A model generated the notes under the pieces. That model was not told the origin of the DNA and did not search any database. It worked only from the letters and a program-made list of their open reading frames with translations. This document shows, piece by piece, positions 13,391 to 26,690 of a DNA stretch of 64,000 bases (positions are counted from its first letter, which is position 1; every line of letters starts with the position of its first letter). The stretch is taken from contig NMRA01000921.1 of NCBI GenBank assembly GCA_002633005.1, forward strand, positions 14,740-78,739, given 5' to 3'. A program made the translations under genes and the position numbers. The DNA is from Phoronis australis (Eukaryota > Animalia > Phoronida).

Positions 13391-13482
13391 ATCTAGAGCC
13401 CGAGTGAATTTTGGTGAATTATCGCCCGAGGGGCGTTAGCCCCGAGGGTGATAATTCTCCAAAATCCACGAGGGCTCTAGAT
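13391..13482. repeat. Long imperfect palindrome (hairpin), probably the end of a DNA transposon
   Basis: ATCTAGAGCCCGAGTGAATTTTGGTGAATTATCGCCC...GGGTGATAATTCTCCAAAATCCACGAGGGCTCTAGAT. Confidence 0.7.
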
Positions 13483-13836
13483 GNTGACAGAATAGCTTAC
13501 GAGATTACCTTTTGAACAGAGTAAGAAACAGCAAATGGCCAACAACGTTTGTTGTTCCATTCTGATGTTGCTCTGGACGAATACAGTGCTGATGAATGTA
13601 CACTGTACAGTGTATGTAGACTGTAGTATGAGCAGACGACAAACTTATGGGCGCTAAAGCACGGTTTCTCCTAGTTATCGCTAGATAGCGCTGCTATTTG
13701 CGACTCTCCCGGCGCTGGTCCCTGCGTGTCGCCAAATCTGTTGACCAAACACCTTAACCTACATCATGATTCTACAGCTCCTGATGTCACACGTGGGATG
13801 GCACGTGCTTTTCCGAACGACAGGCATCAACCAGGA

Positions 13837-16800
13837 CAGTGGCGGATCTACGGGGGGGATCAGGGTGTTTATACCCCCCTCACTCAGTGGGCCAGGACCC
13901 ACAAAAAGTAAAAGACAAAGACGTCTCCAGGAAAACAAGAACGACAGCGCCAGCGTGTGTAAACCCCAAGTAAACCAACTTGGAAAAAATTGAGAGGAGG
14001 GGGGGTTCACTCTGAAAATGTGAATTTTTTGCATTGCGACTGCTGTTATGAAAATCAACGCATTTCAAGTCTTCGTGGCTCATCCAGCAAAACGGCGCTT
14101 CCTTCGACAATTCCAGTGAACTGAGTAGCCAAGCATTTAAGATGACTCCACCGCTCAGCTGAAAGAGCAGCCCTATAGCTGACTTCTTTAGGGAACTAGC
14201 TTCTTTACTCAAAGATATGTTTTGATTTAATCAGGGAAATAGTGTGCCGGGTGCCGCAACCCTGATAACGAAGGCGAATCTACTAAAGTTGACGTGCAGC
14301 GTTTTTACCTCATCTGTCATGCCGTGTCATTCCATTGTACCTCACACATTTGTAACTCGAATTTGACTGGTTTATAGTAAAGTTGTCTTGCGCAATATCA
14401 TACAGTGTACATGTATTTTTTTAAAAGAACTCGTTTTCCGAAGAATTGCTATTGTCGCGGCGGCGCACGGTGGCCTGGTCGCGAGTCCGTTTGAAGATGC
14501 ACTCTAACAAGCTACGTCTATACAAAGAATGACCAAGGGGGCACTCACATTGACAAAGTGACCACATTCGCGAACAGTGTAGAGTACCAGAAATAGCGGG
14601 GAGGCTGTATTTTCACAGCACTGAAAGTCTTGCGGGACTCGTGCGATGTTCAATAGGCCTCCTAAGGAGCTCTAGTTCTGACCGTCAACACCTACCGTCT
14701 TTCTACCTGCAATAAGCACCAGTGCCGTCTATACTGGAAATTTCCACAAAAAGGCCCACCTGATGAAACGCTCATGCCCATGAGCATTTATTTGATGTTA
14801 GTACTTGGAGTTTAAGCGTTCAGACATTGGGACTTTTATTCAGAAAACTGCAAGATATGCAAATAGGTCCTAGGATATATCGTCTAGGTTTGAAGTAGTT
14901 CAAGATGAACGGATCAAAATTAGTTGCGCATGTACGTCTTTTGCCCGAATGGACTTGGCAACCTCAGGGGGCTTAGTGCCAATTGACATATCGCCAGGAT
15001 TTTGAGTGACGGCTTATCTGACCGTTTAGAAAGCAGCATTATTGACACACCTTTGTTTCCAAACCGCCATTTTACCCGACAAACAAAACGTTGCGGGGTA
15101 AAACTTATTGCTTGTTAGTCGACATTACGCAAGGGGCGGACCCCTGCGAAATGTACCTCAGTTAACCATGGTTAACCATGCTTAACCATGGCTGTACAAC
15201 CATGGTTGACCATGGTTNGATTCTGGTTTGTATTTCCACTTGGCTCTATCTGCTTCATAACCAAAATCTATTTCACGTAGTGCGTATTTAATTTGTACTC
15301 AATACTTGTTTCTTCCACTAGTTAGTACTAGAGAACGGTGCAAAAACCCTTCCAAGACAACCTCTCGCAGCAGTTGACGAGCAGATGTATAAAATACACG
15401 TATGAGCAACCACTGGGCATTAAAAAGTGTCTAGAGAGAAGTTTTCAATTCAAAATGTTTTGCATAGTACGCTTTAGGTCTCGCGACGGACCAGTCCAGC
15501 TTGATTTGTGTAGATATTCAGTTTCAGTGTACATGTGGTCCCTCGGTGAACTAGTCTTGTGATGTTTTTTATCTAACTGTGCTTTTTAAAACTATTTGTC
15601 TCAGCCAGTAGGCCTAATGTTTGGTCCCGCCGCGACAGATCGACTATTTTTATAGGGATAATAAGCACGGGTGCACTTTTGGTCTCGTAACGGACCAGGC
15701 CAGCCTTTTTGTGTATTCTCAGTGTACATCTGCATGGTCGCTCTGCGAACTCAGTGGTCCTGTATATCTTTTTACCACCATGAATATGTTTTGGTTTCGT
15801 GAAACTGTTTTCAGATGATTTGTTTCCTGACACATTTGTCGTTTTTCAATTGTTGTCAACATGATTCAGCTTAATAAAGTGATACCAGGAAGAGATCTCT
15901 TCCTGGTGATACTTAATTGTTTATTGTCGCATTTTTCAATAGACTATGAGCTGAGAGCACCATCGTTCGCCACTTGTTCTCGTAACGAGACAAAACACAT
16001 GTTTATTTCCGGACTAACAGAACAGGTCTTCGTTCTTAAACAACTTGAGGGTGCTGTTACGCGATCATGTGATATTCCATTTTTACGCCCCGTCGGTGCT
16101 CCTTATGCTCTTGAATATTTGGTAGTTGTCTAAACCCCACACTTTTTCGTATACGACTTTTCGTATGCTAAAAAAGGTGTGTGCAAGCAGATGTTCTAAC
16201 AAAATTTTTGGCTGGTGACGTGACTCATACCCAGATGTGCACAAATATGGTTTCGTGAAACTCATGAGCCTCGTTCATGTGAAGAAATCGAGAAGGGTTT
16301 TAAATTATCTTAAGAAAAACTCAAGAGACATGTTAAGTGCCAGAAACTTACCAGGATGCATAAAATTTCAGTATTTGGCTACAAAAACAAAACATTGTCT
16401 TACACCGGAGGGAGGAAACCCCCTCCCGACCTCCCCCCTCTCGGCGCAACGCGCCTCGGATTCGACCTTTGCGGGAATCCTAAACCCCCCTTACTGAATA
16501 CGTAGATCCGCCACTGCAGGATCCATGAAGACGAAGTGCATGCCAAGTGGCGAATTTAAGTGGAAAAGAAATCTTTGTGTCCGACGTTGAATCAACTCTG
16601 TTTTAAAACCCCTTTGTTACAATTATTCTTAACATATTACAATTACGCCGATTTCTGTTAACTAGCGGTGCCCGTAACCTCAGCATAAAACTCGTCGGCA
16701 AATATTTTTTAAATCTAGCGAAGAAATCGAAAATTGGGCGATTTTTGAAAATCATAATATTCCCAGTTCGTTTTCGGAAAGCTATGGTGCCATAGTGTNG

Positions 16801-18272
16801 ATAGGCTAACGTTCCTGGAGAAACACGTATTAAGTTATAATTCTACACACATGGTTTGTACATAATGTCGGTTTGATATGCTTGTGTACAATGAAAACGA
16901 AATAGAAATTATTTTTCATGTGGTCATGCCAAATTTACCCAATACTGTAGAGGGTCTTCGAGCACACACAAACTGATTCTGGTTTGTATTTCCACTTGGC
17001 TCTATCTGCTTCATAACCAAAATCTATTTCACGTAGTGCGTATTTAATTTGTACTCAATACTTGTTTCTTCCACTAGTTAGTACTAGAGAACGGTGCGAA
17101 AACCCTTCCAAGACAACCTCTCGCAGCAGTTGACGAGCAGATGTATAAAATACACGTATGAGCAACCACTGGGCATTAAAATGTGTCTAGAGAGAAGTTT
17201 TCAATTCAAAGTTTTTTGCATAGTACGCTTTAGGTCTCGCGACGGACCAGTCCAGCTTGATTTGTGTAGATATTCAGTTTCAGTGTACATGTGGTCCCTC
17301 GGTGAACTAGTCTTGTGATGTTTTTTATCAAACTGTGCTTTTTAAAACTATTTGTCTCAGCCAGTAGGCCTAATGTTTGGTCCCGCCGCGACAGATCGAC
17401 TACTTTTATAGGGATAATAAGCACGGGTGCACTTTTGGTCTCGTAACGGACCAGGCCAGCCTTTTTGTGTTTTCTCAGTGTACATCTGCATGGTCGCTCT
17501 GCAAACTCAGTGGTCCTGTATATCTTTTCACCACCATGAACATGTTTTGGTTTCGTGAAACTGTTTTCAGATGATTTGTTTCCTGACACATTTGTCATTT
17601 TTCAATTGTTGTCAACATGATTCAGCTAAATAAAGTGATACCACGAAGAGATCTCTTCCTGGTGATACTTAATTGTTTATTGTCGCTTTTTTCAATAGAC
17701 TATGAGCTGAGAGCACCATCGTTCGCCACTTGTTCTCGTAACGAGACAAAACACATGTTTATTTCCGGACTAACAGAACATGTCTTCGTTCTTAAACAAC
17801 TTGAGGGTGCTGTTACGCGATCATGTAATATTCCATTTTTACGCCCCGTCGGTGCTCCTTATGCTCTTGAATATTTGGTAGTTGTCTAAACCCCACACTT
17901 TTTCGTATACGACTTTTCGTATGCTAAAAAAGGTGTGTGCAAGCAGATGTTCTAACAAAATTTTTGGCTGGTGACGTGACTCATACCCAGATGTGCACAA
18001 ATATGGTTTCGTGAAACTCATGAGCCTCGTTCATGTGAAGAAATCGAGAAGGGTTTTAAATTATCTTAAGAAAAACTCAAGAGACATGTTAAGTGCCAGA
18101 AACTTACCAGGATGCATAAAATTTCAGTATTTGGCTACAAAAACAAAACATTGTCTTACACCGGAGGGAGGAAACCCCCTCCCGACCTCCCCCCTCTCGG
18201 CGCAACGCGCCTCGGATTCGACCTTTGCGGGAATCCTAAACCCCCCTTACTGAATACGTAGATCCGCCACTG
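13837..18272. mobile_element. Non-coding TIR DNA element (CAGTGGCGGATCTACG...CGTAGATCCGCCACTG); its right part is assembled twice
   Basis: 16-bp perfect TIR at 13837 and at both 16501-16516 and 18257-18272. CAGGA flanks both ends. No transposase ORF recognised. Confidence 0.75.
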
Positions 18273-18554
18273 CAGGATCCATGAAGACGAAGTGCATGCC
18301 AAGTGGCGAATTTGAGTGGAAAAGAAATCTTTGTGTCCGACGTTGAATCAACTCTGTTTTAAAACCCCTTTGTTACAATTATTCTTAACATATTAGAATT
18401 ACGCCGATTTCTGTTAACTAGCGGTACCCGTAACCTCAGCATAAAACTCGTCGGCAAATATTTTTTAAATCTAGCGAAGAAATCGAAAATTGGGCGATTT
18501 TTGAAAATCATAATATTCCCAGTTCGTTTTCGGAAAGCTATGGTGCCATAGTGT
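15219..18554. repeat. 1.58-kb direct duplication (15219-16798 and 16975-18554), probably two haplotypes joined in tandem
   Basis: Offset 1756 with only scattered substitutions. The first copy is bounded exactly by single n bases (15218, 16799). Confidence 0.85.
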
Positions 18555-18779
18555 TGTTTCCATATAGTTTTACATTTGTATTTCAAAGTTTCTACATAAC
18601 AGTGGATGCAACACTTGAATGAATATCAGCATCAACAGCAAATTACAAGAAACCATCTAGAAAAAGACCTAACATTAACATTTCAAGTGAAGCCAACATA
18701 ATGAAAAAACAATAATTACCCGAAAAACTAGCAGAATAATAAGCAAAACACTTACAGTAAACTGTAATAACAATTAACA

Positions 18780-19530
18780 TGTTCATCAAACAAGTAACAT
18801 TTGAACATCATAACAACAAATTACAACACGGATGTGAAAAAACCAGGTTCATGAAAAACAAAAGTTAGTTTCTCAAAGCACTACGTGTTTTCCTCAACAA
18901 TAGAAAGCAATACAGTTTTAGCAAAGGAGTGCTTTACTGTGCGCTTTTGCGAGGTTTGCGGTAATGTAATGCCACAAATCAGATGTAATGTCCAAATGAC
19001 TAACAAGCAAAATAAACAGAGTGAATCTCAAAAACAACACCTTCATCAAACAAAAAAATGAACTAACATTAACAATTAACAATCATCAAAGAAATAATAA
19101 ATTGACATTACATAAAAAATATATGAATTTTTTATGTGGAACACAACACGGTTCAACGAAAAATAGACGTTAGGTTCTAAAAACAATAGGTATATAGCTG
19201 AGCACTAGAATAATGCCGTTTTAACATTAAAGTATATCATTGTCTGCCTCCGCTACGGTTGCCCACTATAAATCAGTTGAAAAGCCCAAAGAAGTAACAA
19301 GCAAAAGTCAGTAAAATCTAATAACAATTAATTAATAACAATCAAGTAGCCATTGAAAATCGTCAGGCATGTAAAAATAAAATGTGATTCATGAAAAACA
19401 AATTTTAAGTTATCAAGTCAACAAGCAATTAGATCACTGCGGAGAATTGAAAAAATAATGTTTTAGCTTTGGAGTTCATTGTTTACTGCCTTTGGGGTGA
19501 AGAAAATCAGCTGGAATGTTCAATATAAAA
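18780..19530. repeat. Diverged ~270-300-bp tandem triplication in the putative 3' UTR of gene B
   Basis: Recurring TTCATGAAAAACAAA...TTTTAGC/A...AAATCAG...TAACAAGCAAAA blocks near 18850, 19150 and 19390. Confidence 0.45.
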
Positions 19531-19566
19531 ACTGGCACACCGCTTGTCTTTGATGACTTCAAAGCT

Positions 19567-19649
19567 TTAAAAGGCGGTGATCATCACCATCACACCAAAG
19601 GCTGCCCCGAGTAGGATTTTGTTTGGAATATCGTCGCATCCAACCGACA
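19567..19649 (-). CDS. Gene B terminal exon encoding a GPI-anchor-like C-terminal signal
   Basis: Acceptor ctctttttgcag, phase 1. Translates (V)SVGCDDIPNKILLGAAFGVMVMITAF*: small residues, a polar spacer, then a 16-residue hydrophobic tail ending at the stop. Confidence 0.65.
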
Positions 19650-19929
19650 CTGCAAAAAGAGGTCAGTAGCATGTACACTTATTTTAAGATTTTTAATAAA
19701 ATAGCTGAAAACAGAACAACGGTAAACCTCACACTGTAATCAATATTCTTAAAACAACTTCAATCTCGCCAGCCCTCTCAATACGACGCACATTAAAGAA
19801 CAGGGTGGGTTATGTCATCTTCCTAAAAACCCAACTCTGTTTGAGGAAGACATTGAGGTGGTGTTCATGTGAATCACTTGCAGTAAACTGAAATTAATAC
19901 AGGATTATCATAGATGGAAACTTTTTTTG

Positions 19930-20230
19930 AAGAAAGCCAGGGGTTGAGCAAACTTAGAAGTGATAACGGACTGGAAACTGTCGAACTAACAAGTTGTAAT
20001 GATACTTCAAGTTTGATACAGGACCTGAAACAGGATGAAAGGGACGAAAGGTTTTGGTAGGTTGCAGGTCGGACGTGCCCATTCAGCTGGTACCGAGGTC
20101 TAATGTATTAGGATAGAATGCTTAGTCGGTGCCAGCGTGGGGCTGTGCAAAACGAAGTTCATGTTTTAATGCAAGGTCCTGCTTATATCGAACAGATATC
20201 ATCAATACATTCAACAGACTGAGGAATATA
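19930..20230 (+). pseudogene. Highly degenerate non-LTR retrotransposon (LINE) 3' coding end
   Basis: RMLSRCQRGAVQNEVHVLMQGPAY resembles the R-C-C-G-VEDE-H-C-x-x-Y C-terminal zinc-finger region of LINE ORF2. Confidence 0.35.
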
Positions 20231-20699
20231 GGATACTGTAAAGTGGGAAAGGCTCCCCTAAATCTGCCTACACATTGTCAACAATGTTAACCCATGAGTA
20301 ACGAAGAAGCCAAAACTCGATAGACTCGCTGGTTATTGCCAAGACCTGCTTATCAGAAGTAATACCATTTATTACTCATCCTCTTCATTGCTCACAGTTG
20401 CATAGTTTCTAATGCGTCCAGAAAGACACTGACAATGTATTGTATTCGGCCAAACGTTTGACAAGAGATTAAAACAAAACTGATCAGTCAACCTAACTTT
20501 TGTTCTTCAGAAATGGGGACGTTATAAATAGATCGAAGGGTAAGTTAGTTTTAGTAGATTGTATTTGATGCAACTGTTCCGATATCTATCAGTTTAGTTT
20601 GGATACATCACAGATTCAAGTTAATTTATATGACAATTTAGGAAGCATCAGAGTAATTTATTTTATAGCCAAGTTTCCATTCTGAGTTATCTGAAGTCA

Positions 20700-22050
20700 A
20701 TAAATGTGAATGAATTGTGCTTCTTTAAATTGTCCAATGACATACACAATTGTAATTTGAAAAGTATATTTTGGGAATTTGCTAAGATTAGATTAATTGG
20801 AAGCAACATGAAGTCAGGTTACTGCCCACAGCCACAACTGTAAACTAGTAAGATCATTGTCACAGCATGACAATAATGGACAATGCCTACATGTATGTGT
20901 ATTAAAGAAATTGTTATGGGAAGTTACTGACAGCAACCCCTTTAACAATTTGAAAAGGAATTCTTTAAAATCGGATGAGGAAATAATTGTAAACTCGACA
21001 AAAAGTGTGATTAGTGCTAAGAATCACAGAATGTTTTACTTTAAGCACTTTAGAATACAACATGAATGAATTGGTCAAACTTTCAGAAGAAAAATGCACC
21101 TAATGACCCCATGGGTGCACCAAATGACCTGATAATTTTGAATTCAAACTCAATCACATTTACTAAAAATATATGTAATTTTAAAGTCTCTAGCTCAAAA
21201 TTTTAGTTTGCACTCAATGACCTTCGACCTATTTTTCTGATTGGTTAGGCCTATTGCATAGTAAAGTAGAACGTTCGATTGGCATGGTGACTTACACCAG
21301 TGTCCTGAACCTGAAAAGAATTCCTTGAAAAATGTAGGGGATATAACATTTTGATCATTAGATGACCTTTGCACTAATTGACCCTATATGGTGCATTCTA
21401 AGCGTCTAGGGGAATCATTGTAAAGGCCGAGAAAAGCGTGTTTAATGCAGAGAATCACAGTTGTCTAACAGTTGACACATCAGAATACTTGGTGAATGAA
21501 AAGGTCAAATTTTCAGAACAAAAATGCACCTAATGACCCCATGTTTGCACTAAATGACCTGAAACTTTGAATTACACTGTACAGTACCTGTGCTTATCAG
21601 ACCTGTAAATTTGAAGTGTTTAGGTCAAAATCTTAGTTTGCACCTAATGACCTTTGACCAGTTTAACCTTATTGGATGACTCAATTACTTAGAAAAGTAA
21701 TTTCTTAATTTGCCTTATTGACTTATACATCTGTACCAAATTTGAAAAGAATAGCTTTTAAAATAAAGAAGGAGTAGCATTTTGACCTTTGCATCAAATG
21801 ACCTCTTCCGGTGCAATATGGAATATGATTATATAATGAATCAAAATTTATGTACTGTCAAAAATGATATGCTGAATTTAAATAACGTAGCTGCACCAAG
21901 TTTGGAGTTATTAAGCCTCTAAGTTTATCGGAAGAAGAATAAGAATAAGAAGAATGAGAATTAGAAGAATAAGAAGAATAAGAATGAGAATAAAATTGAA
22001 GAAAACCCAGGAACAACAATACTCTGCACTTGCACGCGAAGAGTACATAC
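20700..22050. mobile_element. Helentron/HINE-like repeat family 2 (TGACCT-rich ~410-bp core units, GAA/GAATAA microsatellite, terminal hairpin)
   Basis: Core units recur at ~21070 and ~21490 and match 48830-49715 and 46550-46990. Followed by GAAGAATAA repeats and a GTAC/ACTCT-type hairpin at ~22020-22046. Confidence 0.6.
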
Positions 22051-24152
22051 GCAAAGGTGAACCTGCACCTGTACACTCTGAAGTGCATGTAATCTGAATG
22101 CTTATCATTTCTGACTTAAGGTTTTCAATTTCCTTATGATAGTTCCATGGCAAAAATGGTGGACACGAAGCCAAATGTCATTTTAAAGGACCAAACCGCT
22201 ATTGTAGGGAATGCGCACAACCAGACTGTGGCAGTACGACGCCCGTGAATGGTTGCCGCAGTGCACCGTTATTTTAATTAATATCTTATATCAATCCAAA
22301 TTATCTTACACAATTCATTAATTTCAACCATATTTTATTGATATCATATATAAACAAGAATAACCTGATCCACCACTACTTAATTCATAATTGACATCAA
22401 TCGTATTTATGTCTGGCATAAGTCAGCAAATGAAAATCATTGACACATTCATTGCTTTATTTGAATAGCCCACATTATGTACACTGTTAATGCTTTCAAT
22501 GTTAACGCTCTTCTACCTTCGCCTAAATTAAACATTGTTAACGGCATAAAAGCACTATAAACAGCATAAATGAACTGTTTAATGCAATAAATTAACCGTT
22601 AATGGTGTTAATCAATTATTTATGAGTAAATAACTTTTAACTGCATAAATTAATTATTTGCAGAGCAAATTTATGGTGGGACAAATGAGTGAAAATGGTA
22701 GGCACGTAAATTAACTTCAAGCTAATGTCATTAAAAATACATTTGTGACGCAAGTAATCAACTCATGATGCAAAGAATGACATTCAGCTTCAAGAATTGA
22801 TGCGTTAGTAGTTAATTTTCGACGTTATAAGTTAATTTGTGCCGCAAATAATTGATATAGGTGTGAAAGTGCAAATAAAGAATTCGTCCAATGAAAAGTT
22901 AATTGACGGTGTTTATGAGAATTAATTTTTGCACAATTTATGTGGCCAACGATATTCTTCAACTCTCTCACATTTGTCCAAAGCCTCATTTCTGCAACAC
23001 CGAGTGCATGGCAAACATTTCTGAGTCAGTTATCATCTTCAATGGGTCACCAATAATGTCAATAATGTTTTATGGTTACAACCAAGGCTGATAGGCAGAT
23101 TTGTCAAGCAAACCAGGGCTTAAGTGTAGCCACAACATCTAAGCATTGACTCATTTTCATGACGTGCATTTTATACTGGTCAAAAGTTCAAACCGTCAAA
23201 ATTACACAATCATGTTTTGTAGTGATATGCTGTCACGAGTGAAGCATTTTAAAAACAACATTAAACTTTCATTGATACGTTGCCATCATTCTATTTCATG
23301 TTAAGTTACCTGTTCTTATTCAAAAGCATACATGAGGGGACTGACAATATAATTTAAGCTGGTAAAACAGCAAAATGATATCGGGAGATGAAGTCAATCT
23401 CTTTTCAAAACGATTATTCAACTGGACAAAATTTTAAATCAATCTTGATCCTGAAGTTGCCTTAAAAGCAAACAACACATCATACCACGCAAAACTTTCA
23501 CCAATCACTGTTTGGGGTGTGGGGACTGTTGTTAAGCTCATCATTCCTAACTAAGATAATTATTAAAATCTCAAATAGCCATGTTTCTGCGAGGCGCGAA
23601 TGTACTGTGTATGAAAAAGAAGTGAAAGTATGAAATGAGGAAGAATATCTCAAAATTTGAAAATAAAAACCAAAATGAAACATGTTTCTGTGACATAATT
23701 GATACAGATTATATTGTCATCGCATCGACAAATACAGCAGTTAAGAGAACACATTTTGCACTCAATTCATCAGAGTAAAAACAAATGGAAACACAAGACT
23801 TAATGTAAATAGACCTTCAGAAGAAATGCTCTTCAGAGAATAAGTCGTTCAGCGGTAGGGCACGATACAATTCCGATTTCCCATTTCCTTAAACCATTTG
23901 CAAAAATATATTAGAAAATTTCATAATAGTCTGAAAACTGTTCTAAAACAACGAGACACGCCTTACACGCATGTCTGTTGTTATCCATAAAAAGACCACA
24001 GGACAGTTGATCAAGAAACATTGAGTTCGTAAAAGATTTACACTTTGAACAAATCAAATGCATTAATAAGAAAATGATATTAATCGTTCTTGTGAAATTG
24101 CCACATGAGTGAGCACACTTAATTTTTTAACTAGAGCAAAACATGGACGTAC

Positions 24153-24188
24153 CTCCACCTTCTCCATTTCCAATTGGTTTAACGGTAT
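24153..24188 (-). CDS. Gene B stalk micro-exon A (36 nt): (D)TVKPIGNGEGG
   Basis: tttacag|ATACCGTTAAACCAATTGGAAATGGAGAAGGTGGAG|gtacgt; phase 1/1; paralogous to four other copies. Confidence 0.75.
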
Positions 24189-24256
24189 CTGTAAACCATA
24201 ATTTAGCTTTACATTAAATGTTCTTGTAAAAGTGGAGTCTCCACACAAATGGAAAC

Positions 24257-26200
24257 ACAAGAGCAACGCAGAGCGTTGAAATGCGCCCACAATTGCACCG
24301 CATACGGTATCCTTCTAGGGTTGTTTATTGGACCATAAAGTGGCCAGTAGAGGGCATATATGTAGTATGTTGTACTTTGCAAACTGGAAAGGCATGGTCA
24401 TTATCTCCTCAATAGGCTAGGGGCAAAATGTGAGTGATCTTCATAATACAAGCACATCCTATACATCAGTTGCTTAAAGCACCACCGAAACATAGAACTA
24501 AAAACAAATTTACCAACATACGAGATTAGCACAGCATTAGAATGCCAGAAACAAATTTCTACTTGGAAGTTTTCCTACATAGTCACGAAGTAACACAAAG
24601 TATACACCTGAAGACCTATGAAAATACAGAGGTCAATGTAAAATACTTAAATTGCCACTAGAGGCATACCGGTAGTCAGAATCATCCTAAAGTCGTCATC
24701 GTCCGTTGTCAACATCACATAAATACAATTGCTAAATTTAGTAAAGATCCTGCAAACGGTTTGGGAGATACAGCCATGGGCGCAAAAAAAACTGCCACTA
24801 GGAGGCGCCACAGTGATCAAAGTCATCGGAAATTCAGCGTCAACCGTCCTCTTCATAGTAAGAACATACATGCCAATTTTCACAATCATACTTATAGCGG
24901 TTTGGTTGATAGAGGGGTGGACGCCAAAAAACAGACTCAAAAACGGTAAAAATGGCTACTGGGTGTCGCAAACTAGGTCAAATCCATCCGAAAACAAGAG
25001 GATAGCGTCATCCCACAATTAGGTGCCTACATACCAAATTTCATGAAAATCCGTTAAGGACTTATGAAGATACAGAGGTAAACGTAAAAAAATAAAATTG
25101 CCACTAGGGGGCACACTGGTAGGCGGATCCGTCCAAAAGTCATCGGCTGATAACATAATATAATTACACTTATTAAATTTTCTAAAGATCCTGCGTACAG
25201 TTTAGGAGATACATCCATAGGCGCAAAAACAAAACAAAACTGCCACTAGGAGGTGCCACAGTGGTCGAAATCGTCTGAAAATCATCGTCAACCGTCCTCT
25301 ACATAGCAAGCATATACATGCCAATTTTCACAATCATCCTTCGAGCGGTTTGGTTGATAGAGGGGTGGACGCACAAAACAGGCTCGAAAACACTAAAAAA
25401 TGGCCACTAGGTGGCGCAAACTATGTCGAATCCATCTGAAAACGGGAGGATAGCGTCATCTCACTAATAGGTGCCGACATACCAAATTTCATGAAAATCC
25501 GTTCAGGACTTTTGAAGATACAAAGGTAAGCGTAAAAAAATTAAAATTGCCACTAGGGGGCACACCGGTAGTCGGATCCGTCCAAAAGTCGTCATCTTCT
25601 GTTGTTAACATCATATAAATATACTTACACAATTTCGTAACGATCCTGCGAACGGTTTAGGGGCAGCCATAGGCGCAAAAAAACAAAACTGCCACTAGGA
25701 GGCGCCACAGTGGTCGAAATCGTCGGAAAATCATCGTCAATTGTCGTCTACATTATAAGCATATACATGCCAATTTTCACAATCATCCTTCGAGCGGTTT
25801 TGTTGATAGAGGGGTGGACGCACAAAAACAGACTCGAAAACACTAAGAATGGCCACTAAGTGGCGCAAACTATGTCGAATCCATCTGAAAACGGCAGCAT
25901 AGCGTCACCTCACTAATAGGTGCCTACACACCAAATTTCATGAAAATCCGTTCAGGACTTTAGAAGATACAAAGGTAAGCGTAAAAAACTAAAATTGCCA
26001 CTAGGGGGCACACCGGTAGTCGGATCTGTCCGAAAGTTCGCACATGCTGTCCCATTCATGAATAGAACATACCCGTATGTGCCAAATTTCATGAACGTCT
26101 GTCAAAGGGTTTTGGAGATAAAGCAGCGGACGCTTGACGCCACCCGGACGGACGGAGATGACGGCATAATGCGTCCACATATAAATATGTGGGCGCATAA
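24257..26200 (+). mobile_element. Helentron/HINE-like non-autonomous element, family 1, with ~450-bp satellite core
   Basis: 5' ACAAGAG start with subterminal ATGCGCCCAC (24281-24290). Core units begin AAATTGCCACTAG at ~24650, 25095, 25545 and 25993. GACG microsatellite, then 3' hairpin ATGCGTCCACATATAAATATGTGGGCGCAT. Confidence 0.75.
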
Positions 26201-26654
26201 CAAGTGACAAAAAGTTAATGTGCGCCAATGAAACACGGAATTTTAAATCTAGTCTGCTCATAGTTGGTAGAATGAGCATACAGGGTACAGTTGGCACCTT
26301 TCTTGTGTTCAGAAAGACTATGGCACAAAATTCGAGTGGTCATGCCAAGGTGAAACTCACGCCAATCACTATAAATCACATACCCACAGCAAATGGTTTT
26401 CTGGGGTTAAGGTTCTTGATCATGCCAAACTTAATCAGTGAGACTATTCACATACAGGCCCCTGAATGCTGGGATGTCATGCAATAGGAAAGTTTGAATA
26501 TTATAATACTGGTAGCTTCCTTTTTGCTTTCCCAACATTTCTTACTTCTCACTTGGTGAAAAATTCTTTTAAAAGCGACATGTGGTCAGCCCTCAATTAT
26601 GATCAGTGTTCAGTGATCAAAGTTAATTTTGAGAAAGAGAAAATAATGTCATAC

Positions 26655-26690
26655 CTCCACCTTTTCCATTTTCTGTTGGCTTAACAGTAT
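26655..26690 (-). CDS. Gene B stalk micro-exon B (36 nt): (D)TVKPTENGKGG
   Basis: tttccag|ATACTGTTAAGCCAACAGAAAATGGAAAAGGTGGAG|gtatga; phase 1/1. Confidence 0.75.

Noticed and set aside
15338-18253. Duplicated sets of short ORFs suggesting a gene duplication
   Set aside because: They lie within a non-coding TIR element, have no recognisable domains, and the duplication is probably an assembly artefact.
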